64,000 nt of DNA, from positions 9,012,101 through 9,076,100 of the forward strand of contig NC_092677.1 of the NCBI RefSeq assembly GCF_964355755.1, in the 5' to 3' direction. Shown here piece by piece: positions 53,291-64,000 of the stretch (positions are counted from its first letter, which is position 1; each line of letters starts with the position of its first letter). This DNA comes from Antedon mediterranea (lineage: Eukaryota; Animalia; Echinodermata). The notes under the pieces are model-generated. The model was not told the DNA's origin. It ran no database searches and saw nothing but the letters and a program-made list of their open reading frames with translations. The position numbers and the translations under genes are program-made.

Positions 53291-56200
53291 GACAGTACGC
53301 CAAGGCTTATTAGAATGTACTAAGCATTGTTAAATAGCAAATAAAGTAGTAATGTACAGCATATTTTGATATTGATATAACATTCGATTAAGTATGGTAC
53401 TTGTATATTCATTTATCATATTTACAATGTATATCAGTGGATCTGTGGACAGTCTTAAACATGACCTAACGACGTAACGTAACATGTGACTTCCTCTTTG
53501 TTATCAACCACTATCGCAAAAAGTGGTTGTTATGCCTCCGTGATTTCATATAAGTAGTAAATTTCAGGATATGGTAGATTTTTTAGCTTAATTTAGATAG
53601 AATAATATTGGATACACACAATTTAAAACAGTAAAAATCAGATCAAAATGGCCGCATCATTAGAAACCAAAATAGAAACATGGTACTATGTTACAGTGAA
53701 TGAAAACTAGTTATACGAGTCCTCCGTCCTCGATCTATAACATAAGCCAAATTATAATATCTACTGGATGTAGCTATCCACTAGTGGTATTTCAACACCT
53801 GTAGGCTATTCTCCAAATATGTGGTAATTTATTACCAGTAAAAGCAATTATTACGTAATTTAATTGTGATTTTAAACTGTAATTACTCCCTTGTCAATAA
53901 GAACCTAATGGTGTCCTTCAATTTTTGGATTGCTGAGAAATAATCATTTACTAATACACTACTTGTAAACCAAAAACATCTACTTATTATACCTCTTTGT
54001 TGAACCTCCTTTCATAATTTCTGAAGATTTTTTTCAGGGAATCTTTATTGATATAATATACTGTATGGTTTAATACAGTATTTACGATAAACTTTCAAAG
54101 TTTGTTAAAGATAATATGTCCATCATGATTTATTATTTTATATTTGATCATTTGTTTTCTCGCAGGTTTTGTATCTCTAAATAGACTCCCTTCCCTAACC
54201 CAAACTATTCACCATATGGTTGAATTACAAATTTTAAAAACTTTGAAGCATTTGACATTAAGCCAAAGTTTGATAGCTGCAAAATGTCCAATATTATCAT
54301 TTAAACAGCTTTAAAATGTCTAGATTATTTTTTAGTGAACATCGAATCAATTATAATACTCATCTTTGTCAAGATAAACCACACAAAGTATGATAGAAAA
54401 AGTAAATACAATTTACAGGAAGTATTGCTTTAGCTGATGCACTTTAGTCAATTGCTCTGAAAGATTGAGTTAGATAAATATAGAAGAGTACCGTAATTTC
54501 AACGACTGTAATTTCAACGACTACAATTTCTACAACAATATCTCTATTTTTCTTGCTTGCATAAACATGTTACGAAATAGCAACAAGAACAAGACTTGCT
54601 TAAATTAAATATAAAAATATCGTGATATCTGGCAGGCGGATTTCAGTTGATGATTTTGTGCTAACGAGATTGATAAGAATAAAACATAAAATTGTTCACT
54701 ACCACTTACACGTCCTTAGATTCGTTAAGCATGTAACGTCGCAGACGTATTATGCCATTTGAGTAGTCTACAGTTTATGATAATGAGTTATCGGCAGCTG
54801 CCAACGTAATGCATAAGAGAAACCAATGAGTCTGGATAGGGAAGAGGACAAAAAATGATATTCTGCAAATATGAATGATTTTTCTCTCAACTTCTATTTA
54901 AAAGCGGTAACTAAACAAATGGAAATAACACACTTTAAATACAAACATGATTCAACACGTCAATGTGATCTATCAATAAATGTAAATCACTACTTATATA
55001 CTGTAACTCACTAGATAGCACCATTTTGATTTTAGAGAAATTGTCTATTTAAGGTAGATTGTTTGTGGAAATAATACTATTTCAACAGTATAAGAAATCT
55101 AAATACAAACCTAGTAAATATAATTGTTTTTTAATTAAAAAAAAAAAATTCATTGTGTGTGTTTGTGAGTGGATAGAAATAGACCAAAAGCAAGCTACCT
55201 CTTATTTCGTTGCTTGTAACAAAATTTGTTTCTTTTTCTTTCTCTCAGAATAAATAAAATTTTGCCCCATAAAATTCAAATACTTCTCTAAAAAACCACA
55301 AATTACAAGGAACCAGATGAATTTAACCAATAAAAGGCATACCATGCCTTGTTTTTTCAGACAATTAATCTTATGTATTCACAATGCTCATAACTTCCAA
55401 TTAAATACTGCAGAAAATACATTTTAGAATTTAAACCAAGAGTTGCTCTTCAATTTTTATAACATAAAATAATTCATAATTTTTTCAAGCACTTTTTACA
55501 AAGTTTTTAAATAAAAAACTACCTGTCTAAAAACGTTATAGCATCAAGTAATCGCCACAGTAAATTAAATTAACTAATACATAACTTAGAATCATATTAA
55601 GCGTGGAAATGAAACGTTAGCAAAACTGAACTAGATTTACACTGTGAATACACAAACAATACAGCTCGCACCGTATTGTTCAAGGTAAGGACTTTTCCAC
55701 AGTAATTTTACAACACATTTTTTACATATATACCAATTATAATTTAATATTATTAGTCACCTTGTGTCAATTTCATTTATATTGATCGAAGTTTCAAATT
55801 GGTGAAGTATTCCGGTGGTACGCACATGACCTCACCCTAGTGGACAATGACCTTTTGTGCCACCTCATTTTCTGAAATCTTTATCGGTTTGATATACAGC
55901 AATGGAGGTGTGCCGAGGACACAAAGTGTACTGGAATTAGTACGTAGCAAAGTATATATATATGTATAAATAATGAAGCGTATATAATAAGTATATGCAG
56001 GCTTATGCATGAAAAATATTACTTTGATATAAAAGACCGACAAGAATAAAATCCAAATATGTATACATTTATCACAAACAGTGTAGTAGAAGCATTCCAG
56101 TTTTAATTACCTTTACTTTTATGTCTTCACATCTTTCATGTTTCAATAAATATAAATTTTGTATCTGTAGGAAAATTCAAGAATAAAAGTAGATGTTTCT

Positions 56201-58702
56201 AAAATGAATCTCATAGTATTAGTAATTAGTATTACTGCAGTTGCTGCAGTAATTCCCTTTTTATTTATTGCAATATTGGTTCTGTATGATTTTATTTTGT
56301 TTACAACTATAGATATACTAAAGAATAATTTACAAATAATAAATTTTACAAATATGGCAATGTATGTATTATTTATTTTTAAAGATTAATCTTTAATATA
56401 AAGCCAAATATTATTTACCAGTTGATAGACTGATATTTGATACATTCTGGCGCGAATATACTAACTCTGTCTGGCTTTCTGACAAAGCGAACAATTGGCA
56501 ACAAAAAAAACATTGTATAATCTTAATAGCTGGATTACCGTCGGTCTAACAATAGAGTTTAAATTTATATTTACGGGATTTTCCAGGTAATAAAATTCTG
56601 TTGACTGCAGAAATACTGCAACAAATAAGACTACCAGTCTAAAATTATCCATGGTAGAGGCGCGAAAGTATCCTCTATGCTTTGTGTACAGGCTGAAGCT
56701 ACGTTCGTTCAGCTGCTGTGATAATGCATAGGCATCATGTAAAGAGACAAAGTTCATCCGGTACTATGTCTAGTATTTATGCAAATGAGCCAAGGAATGT
56801 AAATATATAGAGACCATCTCAGAGGCTGCGAAGTGGCAAACTACAATGTGGGTCAGAGGTCAGCAACACAATAGCACATACTGATCAAGTATGTCTTTTC
56901 TGCAAGCATTGGATGACTGTTATCTCAATAAAGATTTCGAAAATTGAAGAATTGCCGATAAACACCCAGATACGGCCTCAACGCTGTCTATCAAATAAAT
57001 TTGCGAGGAAATGAGCGACGACTAGGAAAGACAAGATAGAATATTCGTACATATGAAAACGATAAATTTCATAAAGCGTTGGAAAGGAAAAATCAATATT
57101 ATTTTAACCCACACCCACTTTTAAATTTTGTATTCATGCAAAAGAAATGATAACAATAAAGGCTGCTATAAAAAAACATTATTAAATTATTTCAACGAAA
57201 TCTAAACTTAATAAAAAATTACATAATGTATTATCCAATATAAAACAAATTAAGGGTACTGTATAGCTTGGATGTTGGGCTACTAATTTGACATTTTTAT
57301 AATATAACTATTATCATGTTCCTTACATTAAAAGACACTAAAACTCAATTTTGGAAAAGAACAATGATATATTGTTTCAATTTTTAAAGGCGGTGATAAA
57401 ATTTAATACTCGCCATATTTCAAAAATCAAATACTGTACTGAAAAAACAAGATTGTGAGATCAAAATTTAGCATTCATTTTATTATTATTTTTTTCAATT
57501 TCATTCAAACCGATGAAATAATTTGCATACAAAATCTATGCGAAGGATTGAATGTCAAAACTCATTACGCATGCGTACAATACATTGTATCAAGGTGGAT
57601 CAGGCGAAGAAACATAACACGTAAGAAGTGTTTTATTGCAATTTTATACAACAACAAAATAATAGAACAATATTCCATTAATTAAAAGCATGAAGTGCAG
57701 TTTCACGTTTTCATAATGTTCTAAAATCTAAAATAGTAGTGGTATATATTGTCTGTTTCTACAAGAAAAACGATGCGCAGAGCGTGGCAAGCTGTTTCTA
57801 TTTGGCCTCATTCTCAACGAGAACATTAAAAGAGCAATCTGGCATTATGAGCTGAGAAGGGTAGACAACATTACAGTAACATGAATGTTCAAATGTATGT
57901 GATATGACCATTACGTCGTATGGCCTCATTACCAAATATGGTCATGCATGTTATCAGACTATACGTGACAGGTTATAAATGTCGCGCTTTGTCTGGCTTT
58001 GATGGCGTTTAGGCTTTAGAAAACTAACTAAAAAAAGACAACAATAAAATAGCAGAACAGATCAAAAACTCGCCTCTTTTTCATGGATGGAGAAGTAAAA
58101 AAATACAAAGAACAGAGATACAATACAATATCTAGGTTAAAACAATTAATTTTCTATATACAGGTATAGCCTATCAATGAATAGAATTCAATGTTCTTCC
58201 AAAAATAATTGTTCAACAACATGGGAATACTCAAACTACCAGTAAAATGCTAGTATGTTTATATTTAGATCGCTGTATCATACAGTACACAACTTCAAAC
58301 AACATGGCGAAATATCAACTTTGCAACTATGATGCAACTAAATAGTATTCAAAGTCTAGTTGTAGAACATATTTAAACTATGTGCAACTTGGAATTTTTC
58401 AGATTACGTCAACTTCAATTATAAAAAGCAATCGGTGGTTGCCAGCAAGCAGTTTAGCTGACTTGCAATCTGTTCGTATAAGCAAAGCTAACCATTTAAA
58501 TACTTGACATGAATTTGAACAATAAAAATATATTTCTTTTTCTCATCGTTTCTCATAAAAACTTATGGATTGAGGCACTACAGTGTTATGTTCATTTTGT
58601 ATGCCAACAAACTACATCTTTTCAATGTTTAATGTTAAATTTTTACTTTTCTCCAAGTACTTGGTCTAACTTCCACTAAGAAAGGGTTAGTTCTACCCTA
58701 AA

Positions 58703-58828
58703 TTCTTTCTGGCTGTTTTACTTTATAATTCTGATTTACATTTTGCTTATTTTATTTGTATCTCCATTGAGATCCAGCCATGTAATACTCATCAGTAGTG
58801 TCATTTAAGTAATTTGCCTTATGATTTA
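58703..58828 (+). mobile_element. Diverged, 5'-truncated H1 family copy without the ribozyme
   Basis: TTTCTGGCTGTTTTACTTTAT...GTATCTCCATTGAGATCCAGCCA...GTAATTTGCCTT followed by TATATA. Confidence 0.75.
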
Positions 58829-61800
58829 TATAAAATAAGATCTGCCTCTGCTTTTATTAAAGTTCAAAATTATAACATTTAGTAAAGTTAGTGTGATTCC
58901 AAAAAGATTTAAAGTAAAGGTGGAGACTAATAGTGTTTATTTGCAAAGCAACCTTTTAAAAATAATTATATATTACATTCAATTATCACAAAATAGATGA
59001 TTTGTCTGGATATTTAAGGTCGGTATTAAAACGGTAGTCTGTTAAATTTTTATTCTATATATAAAAACCGATTTCAATTCCAAAATTCATTGCTTTCTGG
59101 ATAATAATCCCTTAATTAGTCTGCGAATCTATACTATTAAAAAGAACATCAAAGGCCAGTTAACCACAATCTGCCCATAGGACACAGATGCACAAATTAA
59201 AAGTACTAAATTGGAGACAGCAAAAAGCAGAAGCCATTTTATTTAACGATGATGACATTAGACTGTAAATTGAATCTTAACATGACTTAGCAATTAAATA
59301 CAACAATCATTTGTGACACCACTGTGAAAACAACCGATTTTATGTACAAATCCGCGAAGATAAAAAAGTCGCTCTCAAGGCTTGGGTGCAGGATATGAAA
59401 AGTAGCGCTTAATACAACTTCTAATATCTATCGCTCAGAATCGCTCAAGGGTGATCTAAACGATGTTATCGTCTGGAATAGTCTGCTACAAAGCACCACG
59501 CGGTAGACAGGCCAAGATAACATTAAACATAGAGTTTATGTTCCACTGGGCTTAATAGCTCCCAGTGCTCAAACAAATCAAAAACTGTTCCCATTTCTTT
59601 CACCTGTAAAGGTCAATATACTCCCAATAATGCTTGATGTTAGATAAGGAGAAAAAAAAGCATTGTATTCAGATATTTTTGTAGCTAGGAGCTCAATCCC
59701 AAGCTTAGCAAATGAGGAAACGAATAGCATATTTGAAAAATAAAAAAAACTAAAGCATCGTTATCAAATGTGCGTCGACAAAAAGAACATTACGCTATTA
59801 ATGTGCAAATGTATTAAAATATATATACAATACCAAATATCATTTAGATAATGTTCCAGTCTAGCTCCGAGTATTGGACCGCTGTGATCACACACCATAA
59901 AGCAATGATCGAGCCATTATAGTTAAAGTACCCAGACAGACATACTTTTTAACCAGCCAATCAGAATGATGACATTTTATTTGTGATATCCAATCATGCA
60001 TTGCAAGAAATTTAAATTTATGGATTTAAAATTGGCTAGATATCGCATTACTTGTGTTTCTAAATTATCTTTTACAACGTTTATTGTAAAAAAGTATAAT
60101 TATTAAGATTTATATATTCATGTTACTTTTTCATGGCACTTTATTGGGAAAATAAGTTTAATTGCAAAGTATTTTTATATAAATAATAAGCAAATTTATT
60201 AACTACTAAGTTCAATTATTACTTTAAGCATCATTAGTGTGTCCACTGCAAAATATTAAATAAATTGTCTACAGTAATGTTCAAGATATAGTCTAATAAC
60301 ATTATCTGTGATTACGGCCACTGGCATCATACTCGGGAGAATCACATGAGTATCAAGCAGTATGTCATATGATTCCACTCCTCAAAAAAAGCCTAAAAAC
60401 CGTCTGGATATATGAAGTCTAAGCATTCTTTGCTTGCCACGTACCTATAGCTAGAAAGATATCGTGAATAATTCCGTTATACTTTAAAAGGTGTTGCTTC
60501 CTACATATCAAATAGTTTAGAAATAGGCCCATATAATATAAACCTACCAAAACAGGCTGGATACATGAAGTCTAAGCTTCATTGCTTACCATGTGCTATT
60601 AGACGCGCCAATATTGGATTCTTCCTGGAAAACCCCTTTTTATAATCACATCCTACTTCACTGAATAATAGGCATGCATGAATAACAATGGTACTGGTTG
60701 TTGTAAAACAATAAATAGAATGCCGTATTGGGCAATTGTGACGCCCCACAAATCATGTATACTTTTTTCTACTTAATACTGCAGCATAAAATATACTGCT
60801 TCCCTATTTAAAGAATAAAAATGTCAATCAAAGATACTATATATAAATAAATTTTTGACCAGTATATATAGGCTTATGAAAAGCAAATTTATATGTGCAA
60901 GTCTTCCACATACAGACTCAACGCCCTACCTAAGTCGAGACTAAATAGTTCCTAACCACTTAATGGGCATGGTGAGAAATAAAAACAAACATCCAGGGTT
61001 TAAGAAATTTATAGCCAATCAACTGAATCAATAACCACAAATTTAAACATATGACTCCAGACAACTGTACAGACTTTAAATTAGATAAATAATCAAACAT
61101 TTATTATACCAGGTAGTATACAACATTGTTCAAAACATAGTTTATCCTCTAACATTTATTGATTAAACAAAAAACGGCAACAAACCTCAGCTTTGGCCAA
61201 AACTCATAATGAACTCGAGCAATTTCAAACAGGTAAATCCCCTTCTCACTCGTTGTCCTAAGTGGGAACCGGTCGATTGTTATCAGACTTGGAAATATGC
61301 CCATATTTGAAAAGCAATATCCAATAGCATGCTCTTACTAAAAACCGCAGCTCATTCATTAACAAAATTAGGTGCTAACTGATGCGTAATGACGAGACAT
61401 TTTACCTATCGGTAAAAGTTAAATATTTGTACGTATTCGTTACTAAACAAAAAGTCTGGTTTATTATGATGAATGGCCCTTGTTCTGTTAATACCAAAAC
61501 TAAGTATCAAAATGGAAAGTTGTGCAATGTATTTTTAGTTAAGAAAAAACATGGCTTTTTATTACGAGTTATAACTGTATAAGCGTTACCGTTTTACAGT
61601 CGGGACATTGTATAACTCAAATAATTCAAAGTACTTTGTTTCCTAACACTAAAAAATGTTATGTTTTAGGAACAAAGTTTCAAATCTTTTAACCTGTAAT
61701 TGTAGACATCTTTTTGAATTTAGATTAATAGTAGTAACTGTAACTTTCTGGTGATTTTTTTGAATGCCATAAGGTCTGTTTTGAAACAATATGGAAGAAA

Positions 61801-61829
61801 GTGACTAGGTCAAACACAGAATGTAACTT

Positions 61830-62082
61830 AAACCAGGTAGATTAGAGGACATGTACTGAAATCATTTGACCAGGTGGATTAGAGGACATGTACTGAAATC
61901 ATTTGACCAGGTGGATTAGAGGACATGTACTGCAATCATTTGACCAGGTGGATTAGAGGATGTACTGAAATCATTTGACCAGGTGGATTAGAGGATGTAC
62001 TGAAATCATTTGACCAGGTGGATTAGAGGACTATGTAATGAAAGCATTTGACCAGGTGAATTAGAGGACTATGTAATGAAAG
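61830..62082. repeat. 35-38-bp minisatellite, about 7 copies
   Basis: GACCAGGTGGATTAGAGGACATGTACTGAAATCATTT units. Confidence 0.9.
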
Positions 62083-63464
62083 TTAAATGTTCTCACACTG
62101 CAACGCAAGCATAGTTGTGCTTGACTGAAAATTAGGCATAGCTTCAAACGAGCATATGTGATTGTTCTGAAATCATATGTACATCCCTAATACGTTTTTA
62201 AAACATTGTTCTCGGTCAAGTTGTCCTTTAGTGCAACCATATTCCGTGGTCCTCTCCATGTTTAATATTTCTTTTAGCATTTAGAGTTTCAATCTATGAG
62301 TATATAACCTCTTTGGTTTGATCAAAGATCCTCAAGTTTACATTCAAGCTAGTCCAAAGTAATGCTCAATATCATATGAAAAAGAAAATTACTAATCAAC
62401 TTGATATCAGTATTTAATGTCAAATGAAAACAGGATGGTTCACACTGTCACAAACAGTGAGATCTAAAATGTATAATTTATGATGGCAGACTAGAATACT
62501 TAATAAAAATGAATAAATTAAAATGTCTGAGATACTGGAATAGTCTGCCACAGTGTATTATGCTTCCAAGGTTTTGAGCATTAACAATGTTGACTATGAG
62601 ATACGAAGAGTGAATTATATACAACATTGAAACAATAAAGATAGATAAAAATTTTGAAAATTAAAATGAACAGAGAAGGGATGAGATAAAGAAAAAAATG
62701 GGTTATTAGAGGATGGAATGAAGAGATAATAGATCTTAAGCAGACAGGAACAGGGACATTTAGATTTTTATGTTGGCTGCTACCCTATTAAGTCATTTTT
62801 CTGATAGGCCAATGCGCTAAACGACTGGCACGTCGACTGGCAAATTTTGAATGATCTCCGAAATGATTTTCTGAGAATGTAACTAAGAATGAATTTCAGT
62901 CAAATCTAAGAGTCCCTAATAAGAGAGAATCAGGACTGATCGATACAAAAACTCAAATATGTAACAGTAAATAAAAAGTTTAGTGGCTGTCCAATTGAAT
63001 CCAATTTTTTTTAGTTTAGTTAGTTTAATCAACTGATGCTTAGTTTGTGAATTAATTGTAATAACTATATGTTTTCTACGGATATGAAGTTTGAAATATT
63101 AAGTGAAATAAATGAATTTCCATATTCACTTGAGCCCATTACATTTACCATTCCATAGGAACAATTAATATCCTTAACAACAGTATACCACCGAGTAATC
63201 AATTAACTAATGCAAGATTTTTCATAAATTTTAATGCACAATCCAACCATTTGCATACAATGTACCGGTAGGCCTACCTTTTTCCTACTAAACATAAAAG
63301 GAAAATCCATGAATCCTGTGGGACACTAATGTATAAAATCTTACACACCCCTCCTTCCGTTATTAAAAAATCTTCAAGGGAAGTGGGGCCTTGGGAATAA
63401 AAATGTTGAAGTCATAGTATCTGGGTTACCGCCAGAACAAATATATATACATATATATAATAAT

Positions 63465-63790
63465 AAATCCAAAGGCAAATTACTGAAAAAATGACAATGC
63501 TGTGGGTATCAGTGGCTGGATCTCAATGGAGATACCAAAAAAAAGTGAAAAGCTAAATCAAAACAATAAAGTGAAACAGCCAGAAAAGTTACCAGAACTT
63601 TCAGGCAACACTAGCCCTTCATCAGTGCAAGTGAAGGAATTTGGATAACATCATAGTATAAGAACTGGTTTAAGTGCTGCCTGGGTGGACAGGAATAAAA
63701 GAAATACAACAAAAGGAGACAGGGTGGAGTCTGAATAAGAGTGGAAAACAAAGAAGGTAGCTCAGTAGAGATATAAACAGTTTATATTAT
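63465..63790 (-). mobile_element. Longest H1 family copy, with a mutated hammerhead (63592-63628)
   Basis: The reverse complement has GCA-CTGATGA-A-GGGC-TAGTGTT-GCCT-GAAA-GT-TC-TGG preceded by a pyrimidine-rich stretch (5' boundary uncertain). The 3' end abuts (TA)n. Confidence 0.8.
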
Positions 63791-64000
63791 TTATTTTAAA
63801 ACATTCACAACACAGCTAACATAGCATTGCTAGATTATAGAAAAAGGACCTCTTTCTATTTCCCTGACTGTTGGAAACTGTCAAAAATTGGATTCAGTCT
63901 ATATATAAGGAAATCAATATAATTTAGGTAACCACAAAGAGGAAAAATTAAGGAAAACTATCCTATATATAAGCATAAATGTTATTTGCATCTGCCTATA

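Noticed and set aside
61830-62082. 37-bp repeats of CRISPR-like length
   Set aside because: Directly tandem with no unique spacers.
47800-63400. Short ORFs in the distal AT-rich region
   Set aside because: No recognisable domains or phase-consistent exon chains; apart from the listed repeats it appears intergenic or intronic.

Overview
AT-rich, intron-rich animal genomic DNA (probably a marine invertebrate; inferred from gene and repeat style). I assembled three + strand spliced genes by hand from GT-AG exons: the 3' end of a large uncharacterised gene (1-3090), a CXorf65/C22orf15-like gene (6018-12172) and TMEM145 (13332-31220). Notable accessory features: (i) a Tx1/L1-clade retrotransposon fused at its 3' end to U2 snRNA from about nt 35 onward (Keno-like), inside a gene intron and without the U2 5' end; (ii) a head-to-head inverted pair of Penelope-like elements in TMEM145 intron 11, each ending in a minimal hammerhead-like motif with an unusual A3:U8 core; (iii) a (TA)n microsatellite at 40.5-41.7 kb holding two different hammerhead-bearing short elements and two tandem 365-bp units, each with a tRNA-like gene with anticodon ATC; (iv) a 5S rRNA-headed SINE3-like element; (v) a 3.3-kb satellite built entirely of hairpins. 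MITEs, LINE/Crypton remnants and minisatellites are also present. All calls come from reading the sequence by eye; no database searches were run.
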